From Deltaproteobacteria bacterium (GTDB taxonomy: Bacteria > Myxococcota_A > Polyangia > Fen-1088): DNA of 64,000 nucleotides. This document shows, one piece after another, positions 31,990 through 41,036 of the stretch. The number at the start of each line of letters is the position of its first letter. Positions within the stretch are counted from its first letter, which is position 1. Location of the stretch: the NCBI GenBank assembly GCA_033763315.1, contig JANRKS010000031.1, forward strand, positions 192,001-256,000. The letters run 5' to 3'. Position numbers and translations under genes: made by a program. Below the pieces are notes generated by a model that did not search any database, was not told the origin of the DNA, and worked only from the letters and a program-made list of their open reading frames with translations.

Positions 31990-32373
31990 ATGTCGGGAGC
32001 CGATAGGAAAGCGAGCATCCTGGTGGTGGACGATCACGAAGACACCGTCGAGATGGTGGCGCTGTTGCTTCAGGAAGAAGGCTTCGAAGTGCTGACTGCC
32101 CGGACTGGCCGTGAAGCCGTAACTAAGGCATTAGAAGCCAGACCGTTCCTGATTTTGATGGACCTTGGTCTGCCTGACCGCTCGGGGATAGAGATATGCG
32201 AGGCACTTCGTGCGGCGGTGCCCGCCAGCCGCATAGTTGCGGTTACGGGGTACCCCTTGCCCAGCATTAGGGAAGCCTTGACCCGTTCCGGCTTTCACGA
32301 TGCCGTTCAGAAACCCGTCACGGTGGCGTCTTTCAGGAAGTTGGTGCTCGATGCGGGAGCCAGAGGCACATAA
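31990..32373 (+). CDS. Single-domain response regulator
   Basis: 'ILVVDD', 'MDLGLP', 'VTG', 'KP' receiver motifs. Confidence 0.85.
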   Translation: MSGADRKASILVVDDHEDTVEMVALLLQEEGFEVLTARTGREAVTKALEARPFLILMDLGLPDRSGIEICEALRAAVPASRIVAVTGYPLPSIREALTRSGFHDAVQKPVTVASFRKLVLDAGARGT

Positions 32374-32577
32374 GGGAGGTGATTCCGTACACGGTTTTTT
32401 TCGTCAACCCGTTGCGAGGGTAAGCAGTCTTGGGCGCCCAGAAGTTCAACCGTATCTACGGCGTGATGAGTTGAACCCGTCCATTGCGGCCACCAGTGCC
32501 GTTTGAAACGGCGAGGCGGCCGACGCCCATGGACTCACTCGACTGCCCCGCCGGTTAACACTTTTTCATTGGCACGC

Positions 32578-32618
32578 TAACCAGCAGGTCTTGGGTTCGA
32601 ACACCGTCCCTCGAGCCA
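32578..32618 (+). pseudogene. Decayed 3' half of tRNA-Asn (att-site remnant)
   Basis: Ungapped match to 17468-17508 at 29/41 positions; keeps TAACC, GGTTCGAAC and GAGCCA. Confidence 0.75.
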
Positions 32619-32994
32619 TCTGTTTCTCAAAACCGAAACGCCGACCTTGCGGTTAACGCGAGGGGCGCGGGAGAGAAGATAAGTTTACGCGTTTTTCGCG
32701 GCGTTTTGGAGAGGTTTGGTTGCGGCGCTTTTGTGGCCGCGCTCTCTACGGAGAATGAGCCGTGCTTTCGCGGGTGTTGGCGACGCTATTGGGGGGCAAA
32801 TCTCTCTCTGTTTGCGCGTTCCATGCCGGAGAAAGAACGGAGAAACTTAACAGGCGAGGCCACCAGCAGCGCGTTCTCTGTTTTGAATGGAACACACGGG
32901 GTGGCAAGCGGGACGGGCCTGTCCCGCCTGTAAGCACAACAGGGACGGTTTTCGAATCGGCTCCTCTCGCTTGACTGCCCGTGCGCTTAACGGC
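32619..32994 (+). repeat. Conserved island-end sequence, copy 2
   Basis: Homologous to 17509-17885 and at the same position relative to the tRNA CCA. Confidence 0.9.
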
Positions 32995-33112
32995 GCTCGG
33001 AGAGCTCGAAGTCAGTGTGTCCGTGGCCGTATTGTATGCAGACGAGTTCATTTTCAGAAGGCCATCAGGCGGGCGTTGCCGGCCGGCCTCTGTTGCGTCT
33101 ATCGTCTCGCGC

Positions 33113-33664
33113 GTGCGGCTTCTTCGCGTCCTTACGCCTTGTCTGACGGTCCTTTCCGTCCTTTCCACTCCCGTCATGACTTTTGCGAAAGCGAGTCATG
33201 ATGCTGTCAACGCAACCGATGGCCCCGACATTGTGAAGTTTATCCAGTGCAAAGCCACGGCGCAGGAATACAACGCATTCGCCTTCGAATTTGCCGACAA
33301 CGAAAAGAAGGCGAAGCAATGGGGGTGGAAGAAGGCGAAGGCTGGAAAAGGCATGCTGTCGGTGTACACGCTTGCAAAACCTATAAACGTCTACGGTGAA
33401 CGAACGGCTCGCATTGCGTTTTCAGGTAGCGGGATTGTGGCCTTTCTGGCGGCGGGACGCGCACCTGCGTTGGTTCAAGAATTGGGTCTGGCACCCATTC
33501 ACCAGGGATCTCAGGCAAAGGTGTATGGCAAGACAATCTCATTCAGCAAAGAGAAGGTTGGCGACCAACTCATCACATCGTTGACGCAGGTCAGTGTTTC
33601 AACTTCGGCTGCGTATCAAAATGCAACGCTTGTTGGCTGTTCGTATTCCGTTAACTTCGAGTAG
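33113..33664 (+). CDS. Exported hypothetical protein
   Basis: GTG start followed by a signal-peptide-like segment; paired Cys ('FIQCK' ... 'GCSY'); start uncertain. Confidence 0.6.
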   Translation: MRLLRVLTPCLTVLSVLSTPVMTFAKASHDAVNATDGPDIVKFIQCKATAQEYNAFAFEFADNEKKAKQWGWKKAKAGKGMLSVYTLAKPINVYGERTARIAFSGSGIVAFLAAGRAPALVQELGLAPIHQGSQAKVYGKTISFSKEKVGDQLITSLTQVSVSTSAAYQNATLVGCSYSVNFE

Positions 33665-33712
33665 AGGCGAAGCGGTTATCCGCGTTCGGTTAGGGTTAGG
33701 GTGCAAGCGCGC

Positions 33713-35650
33713 CTAGGGCAGCCCGTTGTCGGGGACAGAAAGCTCGAAAGACACGAATTGAAAAGTTTTCCCGACACCCAGTAGTACGTCCAAAACATTA
33801 GTGCCGCGGTTAAACCCCGGGGCCACAAACGTGGCGCTATTCTCCAACGACGCCCAGTCGACCTGCTGGCTATTCCAACGAAGCGTCATCTGCTCCTTCG
33901 CTGGTGGCGCATTTAAGTTCAACCGCACTGACAAGGGACCGTGCTTGCGATTGATTGGAATTAGGATGCGCAATCGATCACCGATTGGCACCACCGGATG
34001 AGCACCGGGCTCCAGCCCTACGAGAAATTTCTGGCTTGGATGTAGCGAAACGAGTTGTTTTCGGTCCGGGGGATTACTGTTAAGCCCGGGATAGAGTTCG
34101 CCGAGAAAATGCTTGCCGACCACCCAGTCGTAAGCGAAGCGATCGCCGCCATATGTTCGCGCGAACCAAAGCCGCGAAGGTTGTGTAACAAACCGAGAAA
34201 GTCCTGCAGTAACTTGATTCCACGGCGAAGGGATTCGCTTCTGCAGATCCTTGTAGATCGGCGTACCTCCATCAGAAAGCAGAGTCGGTGCCGATGTATT
34301 CGCGGTCATGAAAGTATTGCCGACACCCAAGGTAACCACATACGCTGCCAGCGCCATCGTTGCGGCGACGGTTAGTACCCGTCCAGGCAGTGGGCGATAT
34401 GCCAGGCAAAATTTTGCACTAACCCACTCGATGAAAAGCCGAAGGCGGTTCGGAAAAGCGAATAACGAGGCCAATCCAAAAGCAAACGCTACGTAACAAG
34501 AATCAAAGCGACGGCCGCCAAACGCACCGCCCGCCCACCAATCCCAGACCGCAGCGTTGACAATGGTTTGAACGACGGAAGCCATCAACAGCCACGCAGC
34601 GATAGAAAGGCGTTTGCGACTGGGCACAACCAGTCCGAGTAGGCATAGGGCAACCAGCGGCGTGAACGCGAGCAAACCGTTTCTGGACGAAAAAAGTACA
34701 GCTCCTATGCGAGGGGCGTCCCACCTCATAAACTCGGCTCCCTGGGGGATTGCAAACCAGCCGCCGTAGAGAACCTTCCAGGCATACAGTTGAGGGAAGA
34801 AGGCAGCGGCGAACGCCAGCAACGCCGACAATACGTTTAGGCAAAGTTTCCTTTTCGATTGGCTGACGTGAAATGCTCGCCATGCTGGACGGATGAGCAA
34901 CAGGCCCCACGTCAAGCACTGGGGGCGTGCCAGGGCAGCGGCACCAAGTAATGCTCCCGCACCGATCCACCACCATCGACGCTCAATGTGGCCTGCGTGT
35001 TCGGTGGCTCCTTTGTCGCAATGGTTAACGAATGCCGCCACCCAGAACATGGCGAAGGGATGTGAGTAGCCCGGCTGACGAACGGCGTAATATGCGGCGC
35101 TGGTCCCGGCCAGCGTTGCGACGGCGATGAACCAGGGACGAACACTGCCGCCAAAGTGCCGTCGGACAAGAAGAGCCGTTGGCCAAGTAGCGAGGGCCGT
35201 GAAGAACGCGGAGGCGAACATGGCCGCGCGAATTTCGTAAACGCCAAAGCCGGTTGGCGGCACTCCTTGCAGTTTCGAAAGCAGTAGACCAACCAGAAAG
35301 AACGGCAGCGTGAACACGGAAGGCCCGATCCCAAAGACATTGCCTGGCAACCCGGTCGGTGTTGGCGGCAGAAGGTACCAGTTGCCCGTGATCCGATATT
35401 CGTTCGTAAAATCGAGATCGTGGTCTAGGACAAGCGAAGGCAGATAGGCGTAGTAGTAGTTCGCATCGCCCACGTAGATTGCAGTGGATCCGAACTGGTC
35501 TTTCGATAAGAAAAAGAACGTTGTCAACACAGCCAAGACCAGTAGCGCGCACCACAAGTCAAAACTGCGAAAGAGTTTAAGAGTGGCGCGCAGCGATAGC
35601 TGCCTCCAGATCCCGCGAGGTGACTGGTCGGATTCGACGGCTAGATTCAC
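33713..35650 (-). CDS. GT-C-type multi-pass membrane glycosyltransferase-like protein
   Basis: 'GDANYYYAYLPSLVLDHDLDFTNEY', 'LFSSRNGL', 'WWAGGAFGGRRF'; many TM helices. Confidence 0.7.
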   Translation of the reverse strand: MNLAVESDQSPRGIWRQLSLRATLKLFRSFDLWCALLVLAVLTTFFFLSKDQFGSTAIYVGDANYYYAYLPSLVLDHDLDFTNEYRITGNWYLLPPTPTGLPGNVFGIGPSVFTLPFFLVGLLLSKLQGVPPTGFGVYEIRAAMFASAFFTALATWPTALLVRRHFGGSVRPWFIAVATLAGTSAAYYAVRQPGYSHPFAMFWVAAFVNHCDKGATEHAGHIERRWWWIGAGALLGAAALARPQCLTWGLLLIRPAWRAFHVSQSKRKLCLNVLSALLAFAAAFFPQLYAWKVLYGGWFAIPQGAEFMRWDAPRIGAVLFSSRNGLLAFTPLVALCLLGLVVPSRKRLSIAAWLLMASVVQTIVNAAVWDWWAGGAFGGRRFDSCYVAFAFGLASLFAFPNRLRLFIEWVSAKFCLAYRPLPGRVLTVAATMALAAYVVTLGVGNTFMTANTSAPTLLSDGGTPIYKDLQKRIPSPWNQVTAGLSRFVTQPSRLWFARTYGGDRFAYDWVVGKHFLGELYPGLNSNPPDRKQLVSLHPSQKFLVGLEPGAHPVVPIGDRLRILIPINRKHGPLSVRLNLNAPPAKEQMTLRWNSQQVDWASLENSATFVAPGFNRGTNVLDVLLGVGKTFQFVSFELSVPDNGLP

Positions 35651-37509
35651 GGAGCGATCGCTAGATCGAACTGGTTCTGAGCATCAGTCATGTATCTGTC
35701 GAGAAAGGGAGAATACGTCCGCACGCGCACAGTTCTCTTGTCGTTCAAGAACTCAAATATCCGCAAGTAGCCACCACCACCGAGAGGGTAATCTTGGTAG
35801 TTGAAAGCGAGCTGATGAACGACTTGGCCGGCGTTGTTGAGGCTCGCCATACGGCCGATGCCGTCTTTTCCCACGTGGCCGCTAAGTACGAGCCTTATGT
35901 TCGGTGTCACCGATACTAATTTTTCCCAGATCTCTTGTCCGTCGTTGACAGTCGCACCCTCGGGATTTGCACCAAAGTACCAATGCGGATTCCAAGGTTG
36001 AGAAGCGCTTCTCGATTTGTAATCGTACCGTGTCTCGTCGTTGAACATGTACGCGTGAGTGGCAATAATCGCCCTTAGGTTCGAGTGACTGTTCAAGACG
36101 CCCTTAGCCCATTCAAGTGTGCTGTTACGGGGGGCCCACTCAAGACCTAAAACAATCCAGGTCTCGCCGTTGATGTCGACGAGATGATAACTGTTTTCAG
36201 CAGTTTCGAGCGCCCCTCCGAAAGTACTCATGGCTCTGAAACGTTGAGTAGGGAAGTACTGGTCGAATGGCGTGCTGCGTATCCCGCCCGAACCGTTAGG
36301 TCCGTGATCATGGTTTCCAGTTGAAAGCAGAAGCGGCTGCTGAGCTGGCAAAATGCCGTACGCACTCACGGCGAGGTTCCATTCGGATGCAACGTTGTGC
36401 TCGACAATGTCGCCGAGGTTTAGCATGAACGCCGTGTTCAGCTGCTTTAGGTTCACGTTCGCCCAGGTCGTCTGACTGCGGAAGACGGCAGCGCTGTCAA
36501 AGCCGGCCATGGGGAACGAATAGTTCTGCGTGTCGGGAAACACGACTATGCTGGTGCTTCCCGGTTGCGGAGTTGCTGGCGCCGGTGCGACGTACGTTGG
36601 GGTAACGGTAGGCAGAGGAAGTTGAGCGCCCTTCAGGAGCTTCACGTATCTGGTCAGGTTATTGAAGAATTTTGCCGACGACGAGACGACCTGAGCCTCA
36701 ACGACTACGCCTCCAGCCGCATTGCGAACCTTGTCAAGATGCAGGGAAGATATGAGAATCCTGCCTAGGCCATTCGATGAGGCAGCCTCCAACAAAGCCG
36801 GAAACTCTCCATCACGCCTTCCAGCGGCGATGACCTTGAAACCAACTTGATCGTGAAAGCAATCCCAACATCCCGGCCGTGCCGCGATCCCAGATGGCGG
36901 GGTGGGGCTAGGGAGGTCGATGAGGTTGTCGTCACGCCCGGCTGCTCCAAGCCCCTCCATCAACGGATGGTTGGGGTCTACGGCGAAGACTTCGGCGATA
37001 TCGGTGTCCGTCCGCGCTGCCGATAGGCCGGACAACAAAAACGGCGGTTGGGGTTCCGCACCGCGTGCCTGAGTAAACTGAAGTATCGTTCCCCCCGAAT
37101 CGACGAACCTTCGCAGCGAGGGCGTTTGCTCCGCCATGTAAGGCGCATATCGGGGATCTTCTGTGACGAAGCTTCCGAAGACAATGACGTCGACGCCGAT
37201 GCTTTCTGGTGGTTTGTCCAGAGGTAGTGCTTGGCTACGCCACCCAGCCGCATCCAGACTTGCGCCTAGACCTAGGAGGGACGTTTGCCTGTCTGCAATC
37301 TCCCAATACGCAATATTCAAGCCATTGGGTGGCAGCGGAACCATTGTGTCCGTTACCGTGTCGCTGTCGGGGCGCGAGTCATCGGCAAAGCAGGTCGATG
37401 CATCCGCTTCGCACGAGGGTGAAGCGTCTGAGGATTGGATCGCGTCGTCGTCGCATGATGCGAAAATACTCGCGCATGAAATGACAACCGCTATCCGAAG
37501 TGTGTTCAC
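35647..37509 (-). CDS. Lipoprotein with calcineurin-like metallophosphoesterase domain
   Basis: GTG start overlapping upstream TGA; lipobox-like 'IFASC'; 'PDTQ', 'GDIV', 'GNHD', 'THAY', 'SGH'. Confidence 0.8.
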   Translation of the reverse strand: MNTLRIAVVISCASIFASCDDDAIQSSDASPSCEADASTCFADDSRPDSDTVTDTMVPLPPNGLNIAYWEIADRQTSLLGLGASLDAAGWRSQALPLDKPPESIGVDVIVFGSFVTEDPRYAPYMAEQTPSLRRFVDSGGTILQFTQARGAEPQPPFLLSGLSAARTDTDIAEVFAVDPNHPLMEGLGAAGRDDNLIDLPSPTPPSGIAARPGCWDCFHDQVGFKVIAAGRRDGEFPALLEAASSNGLGRILISSLHLDKVRNAAGGVVVEAQVVSSSAKFFNNLTRYVKLLKGAQLPLPTVTPTYVAPAPATPQPGSTSIVVFPDTQNYSFPMAGFDSAAVFRSQTTWANVNLKQLNTAFMLNLGDIVEHNVASEWNLAVSAYGILPAQQPLLLSTGNHDHGPNGSGGIRSTPFDQYFPTQRFRAMSTFGGALETAENSYHLVDINGETWIVLGLEWAPRNSTLEWAKGVLNSHSNLRAIIATHAYMFNDETRYDYKSRSASQPWNPHWYFGANPEGATVNDGQEIWEKLVSVTPNIRLVLSGHVGKDGIGRMASLNNAGQVVHQLAFNYQDYPLGGGGYLRIFEFLNDKRTVRVRTYSPFLDRYMTDAQNQFDLAIAP

Positions 37510-38471
37510 GGAAGCGTCGCGTTCCCTAGGGTCATGCACAGAACATTCGCTTGCATCCCGCAGGTAGCGCCTGTTAGGCAAGTGAAGCGGCAGAGCATGG
37601 TGTTGAGGTCATTTCCGTTGGGGACGAAGGCTACGACATTAGGGTCGGACGGCTGCGTGGTGTCACGGCCACAGTAGCCAGAAATCATCCTTGTTCCGAC
37701 AGGGCAGCTGTTCATGACTGTAATGGCTGCCGCACCAGTCGTATATCCGAAAGTACCTTCCTTGTACTGAATGCCAAGGGCGTGGCCGTGTGTAAGGCTT
37801 CCAGGTGAGAGCTTCGCTGGGGTTATGGCGCCATTGGCGACTGAGGCAGTATCGACGCATCCCGCGCACGGGACCCCTGCCGGTCCTGCAGGCCCTGTGG
37901 CTCCAGTCGATCCCGCTGGGCCTTGTGGCCCTGCTGGACCACCTGGCCCTGCCGCCCCAGGATCACCCTTTGGGCCAACTAGACCTGCCGAATCGCCAAC
38001 CCATTTTCCTGAAGTGTCAATCACGGTCTTGCCGCCAACCGCCACCGACTTCGGTGTTATGGCGCCGTTTACATTTGCGCTGACCAGAGCGTACGGGACG
38101 GCAGCAATTTCTTCTCGCGGCTCCATTTCCGCGTCTTCGTTAACAGTCATCCCGATATAACGAATAGAGCCATCCCATAAGGTTGCTGGGAATTGGACGG
38201 TCGAGCCCAATTGCACGGAAAAGTACCCGCTATCGAGCGTCACTTGGAATGTTTCGGTCCACAATGCTGTTCCTCCCGTCGGTTCAGCGTAGACCGAAAA
38301 CTTGAGCTTTGCGGTACCCTCCGTAGGAACGCCGTCAGGGGAGGAGAGTCGACCCTGTTGCGTTAGGCGCCCAGGAACAGCGAAAGCGTTCGAAGCGTTA
38401 AGGCCGGCGATCAAAACGACTAAGCACCCGATCAACCGCCGAACCGAATTCACATTGCCAATCGTCTTCAT
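37506..38471 (-). CDS. Exported collagen-like/fibre protein
   Basis: Signal peptide; N-domain 'VPGRLTQQGRL...LWTE...GYFSVQLG...VPYA'; 13 Gly-X-Y triplets; Cys-rich C-terminal tip. Confidence 0.8.
   Translation of the reverse strand: MKTIGNVNSVRRLIGCLVVLIAGLNASNAFAVPGRLTQQGRLSSPDGVPTEGTAKLKFSVYAEPTGGTALWTETFQVTLDSGYFSVQLGSTVQFPATLWDGSIRYIGMTVNEDAEMEPREEIAAVPYALVSANVNGAITPKSVAVGGKTVIDTSGKWVGDSAGLVGPKGDPGAAGPGGPAGPQGPAGSTGATGPAGPAGVPCAGCVDTASVANGAITPAKLSPGSLTHGHALGIQYKEGTFGYTTGAAAITVMNSCPVGTRMISGYCGRDTTQPSDPNVVAFVPNGNDLNTMLCRFTCLTGATCGMQANVLCMTLGNATLP
37869..37985 (-). repeat. Collagen-like (Gly-X-Y)13 coding repeat
   Basis: GLV GPK GDP GAA GPG GPA GPQ GPA GST GAT GPA GPA GVP. Confidence 0.85.
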
Positions 38472-38935
38472 TTTTTCTTCTCCTGGGCAGTGCTGGTCGA
38501 TCCCACCAGACCGCCGACAAATCTGTAGTTAGCGCTTTTCATGACCCGATTTCCACCGGGTGGTTGTCCAGCTGTTACAACCGCTCGATAACTTGCTGAC
38601 TTCATCCTTGAGCCACCCGCGACCACCGCCCTACCGGACGGGGCTGGTAAGGCCTTGTGTGGTTCAAAGGCATCAACGGGCGGCTCGGCATCTTTTGGCT
38701 GCTCAGGTGACATCGTGTCATTCATCGGAGCTACGGAGGCATCGGTGTCAGAGGGACCAGTGCCATCCCGCCAGCAGTGGCCATCCGTGGCGCAATAAAA
38801 GCCGGAAGCGCATGGGTTAGACACCGACTCTGCGCAAAGCTGCTTGCCGTTCTCCGGCGCCGTCTCTAACGAGCACGAAGGCAGTGCGGCCCAGATCACG
38901 GACGTGGCCAAAAATTTAAATGTTCTATTCACCAT
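38468..38935 (-). CDS. Small lipoprotein with Cys-rich domain and duplicated C-terminal 'MKSAxYR' motif
   Basis: 'LPSC' lipobox-like; 'C...CASGFYC...C'; 'AGGSRMKSASYR...GQP...MKSANYRFVGG'. Confidence 0.7.
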   Translation of the reverse strand: MVNRTFKFLATSVIWAALPSCSLETAPENGKQLCAESVSNPCASGFYCATDGHCWRDGTGPSDTDASVAPMNDTMSPEQPKDAEPPVDAFEPHKALPAPSGRAVVAGGSRMKSASYRAVVTAGQPPGGNRVMKSANYRFVGGLVGSTSTAQEKKK

Positions 38936-39885
38936 CTGCCCTGCCAATTGACGGTTGTTCCGCCGGCTAACAAGGAAGGCGCTACTGCGACCTCTGTCTC
39001 ACCCGGCAATCTGAAGTACAAGAATGTGCCGGCAGCGATTGCAGCCACCCCAGCCCCTAGACAAACCCATTGAAGGGTTTGCGCAGTGCTAGCGGCATCT
39101 TCTGAGCTCTTCGAATATCTCTCGGCCGTCCGCGCATCGTCGGCGTGCGACGCCGCCTTGACGCCGAAGAAAACGCCGGCGCCGAGCAAGGCAGCGCCGG
39201 CACCCCATCCGATCCAATGGCCGACCATTGAGCGGCGGCTCTCCTGAATTGGCGGCTGTGTTGGGCTCGCTGATACATCGGCTGCTGCCACGGGTTGCGA
39301 CTCGTTCTCTGCCGGAGCCGCATCAACGTGAGCCAGCTGGATGTTGACCACAGACGTCTCGCCGGCAGCGAAGGTTCGTGTTTCCTTGAACGGCACGTAA
39401 CCGTTTGCCGTTGCTGTAAGCTGAGTGGGTCCAGGGGCCACTTGAACGACCGGCGAGTCGCCGAGTCGGCCCAAGACGTCGCCACCAACGTTCACCATGG
39501 CATCTGCCGGCGTTCCCTTGACTTCGACGCGGGCTAGATGGCTTGCGACGTCGGCGAGGGACTTGCTCAACGTTTCGCGGTGTTGGGACACCCACGAATC
39601 AGACTCTGATGCCAAGGCCACCGAAAGGTGGAGGTGAGCCGAGAGCCATTTCTCCAGAGCTTGCTCGCACAGTCCGAGTTGGGCTGCGGCGCGGGGCGTG
39701 TGGGCAACCTCAAACGCCTTCTCGAACTCTGCTAGCGCCTCGGCGTTCTTCCCCTTCTTGCGAAGCTCGACGCCCTTGCGAATGAAGATTTCCTCGTGTC
39801 CACTTGCGCCCCAGGACGGCGGAACAGAAACGGCCGTCATGCACAATTGTGCAACCACAATAAGCGCTATGGTCTGTGTCTTCAC
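38929..39885 (-). CDS. TPR + PEGA domain protein with C-terminal hydrophobic hairpin
   Basis: Signal peptide; TPR 'ALAEFEKAFE...AQLGLCEQAL'; PEGA-like segment; two hydrophobic helices; terminal 'WQGRW'. Confidence 0.78.
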   Translation of the reverse strand: MKTQTIALIVVAQLCMTAVSVPPSWGASGHEEIFIRKGVELRKKGKNAEALAEFEKAFEVAHTPRAAAQLGLCEQALEKWLSAHLHLSVALASESDSWVSQHRETLSKSLADVASHLARVEVKGTPADAMVNVGGDVLGRLGDSPVVQVAPGPTQLTATANGYVPFKETRTFAAGETSVVNIQLAHVDAAPAENESQPVAAADVSASPTQPPIQESRRSMVGHWIGWGAGAALLGAGVFFGVKAASHADDARTAERYSKSSEDAASTAQTLQWVCLGAGVAAIAAGTFLYFRLPGETEVAVAPSLLAGGTTVNWQGRW

Positions 39886-39977
39886 CGCGAGCGACGTTTA
39901 GCACAGGCCGTTGCCAATGACCAGAAGGGGTCGCAAATCGGTTAAACTGCGTCCCTATTCGGCGCCGGATTCACGTC

Positions 39978-41036
39978 ATGGACCTAACTAACACCACGCC
40001 ATTCGCGGTCGCGACCATGTTCTCGAGGAACCTTGCAGGGCAAGAGTGTGTGCTTGTCTGTATCAGCGGCCGCTTTGAATGGGGCGAAGGTCTTAAACTT
40101 AATCCGGTAGAGAATCAGGAAGTACCCACGTCCGTAGACCATTTCACGGACGACGACAGCTCAAAAAGCATGTGGAAAGGCGCTGAAGTTTCACCGCCCA
40201 AGCCGAATGTCGACATCTACGTCTGTGGCTCCATTCGCCTTGCGGAACCGAAGCCGTCAGTCGACTGCTCCCTCGTTGTCGGCGGTTTGCTCCACAAAGT
40301 TGTGCGGGTGTGGGGGCCCCGAGTCTGGCGCAAGTCTGGCGATAAGATGCTTCAGTCAGCCCCGGAGGCATTTCTAACCATGCCGGTTCAATGGGAGCGC
40401 GCTTTCGGGGGCGTGTATTCGGCGGATGTCACACGACACGACAAGAATAATCCTGTGGGTATTGGATGGTACGAGCCAAAGGATGCTGACAACAGGCCGC
40501 TACCCAACTTCGAGTCGCCGACCGCACCCCCCGTCTTGGGAGTGCCGTCCATACCCACATGCTTTGGCGCGATTGCGCCACACTGGGGGATGAGGGCCCA
40601 GTATGCAGGCACATACGATGAGTCTTGGCAGCGGCAGCGCGCTCCTTTGCTGCCCGCTGATTTTGATGATCGCTTCTACAACATCGCGCCCATTGATCAG
40701 CAGCTTGACCGTTATCCAGTGGGCGAAACGATCACGTTGGTCAATATGACACCGCGTGGCCACGAATCATTTCTGCTTCCTGAGTTTACGTTTCCAGTAG
40801 CCTTCGTGGATGCTGGACAACTGGTTGAGCGCGAAGCGCATCCCGATACCGTTTTCTTCGACCTGGACACGAGGCAAGTAACAATCCGCGCGGCAGTTGA
40901 GTACCTCCCGAAGGACTCGGTTTTGGATCTGGCAGCCGCGTTCGTTGGCGAAATGGGCGGGGGGAGAAGAAAGGCACTACTGCAGGGGAAGACTTACCTC
41001 GACTGGCATGAAGCACGGAAGGGAGTGAGACCTTGA
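39978..41036 (+). CDS. DUF2169-family T6SS adaptor/chaperone
   Basis: 'NTTPFA', 'PPKPNVD', 'WERAFGG', 'NPVGIG', 'YAGTYDESW...PLLPADFD'. Confidence 0.9.
   Translation: MDLTNTTPFAVATMFSRNLAGQECVLVCISGRFEWGEGLKLNPVENQEVPTSVDHFTDDDSSKSMWKGAEVSPPKPNVDIYVCGSIRLAEPKPSVDCSLVVGGLLHKVVRVWGPRVWRKSGDKMLQSAPEAFLTMPVQWERAFGGVYSADVTRHDKNNPVGIGWYEPKDADNRPLPNFESPTAPPVLGVPSIPTCFGAIAPHWGMRAQYAGTYDESWQRQRAPLLPADFDDRFYNIAPIDQQLDRYPVGETITLVNMTPRGHESFLLPEFTFPVAFVDAGQLVEREAHPDTVFFDLDTRQVTIRAAVEYLPKDSVLDLAAAFVGEMGGGRRKALLQGKTYLDWHEARKGVRP

Larger units (their letters stand above)
17509..32577. mobile_element. Genomic island 1 (arsenic/heavy-metal resistance), no integrase
   Basis: Bounded by tRNA-Asn and a decayed tRNA 3' half; resistance cargo. 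Confidence 0.7.

Noticed and set aside
32578-32618. Second functional tRNA
   Set aside because: No 5' half or D-arm, and the T-stem and acceptor stem are disrupted; it is a remnant.
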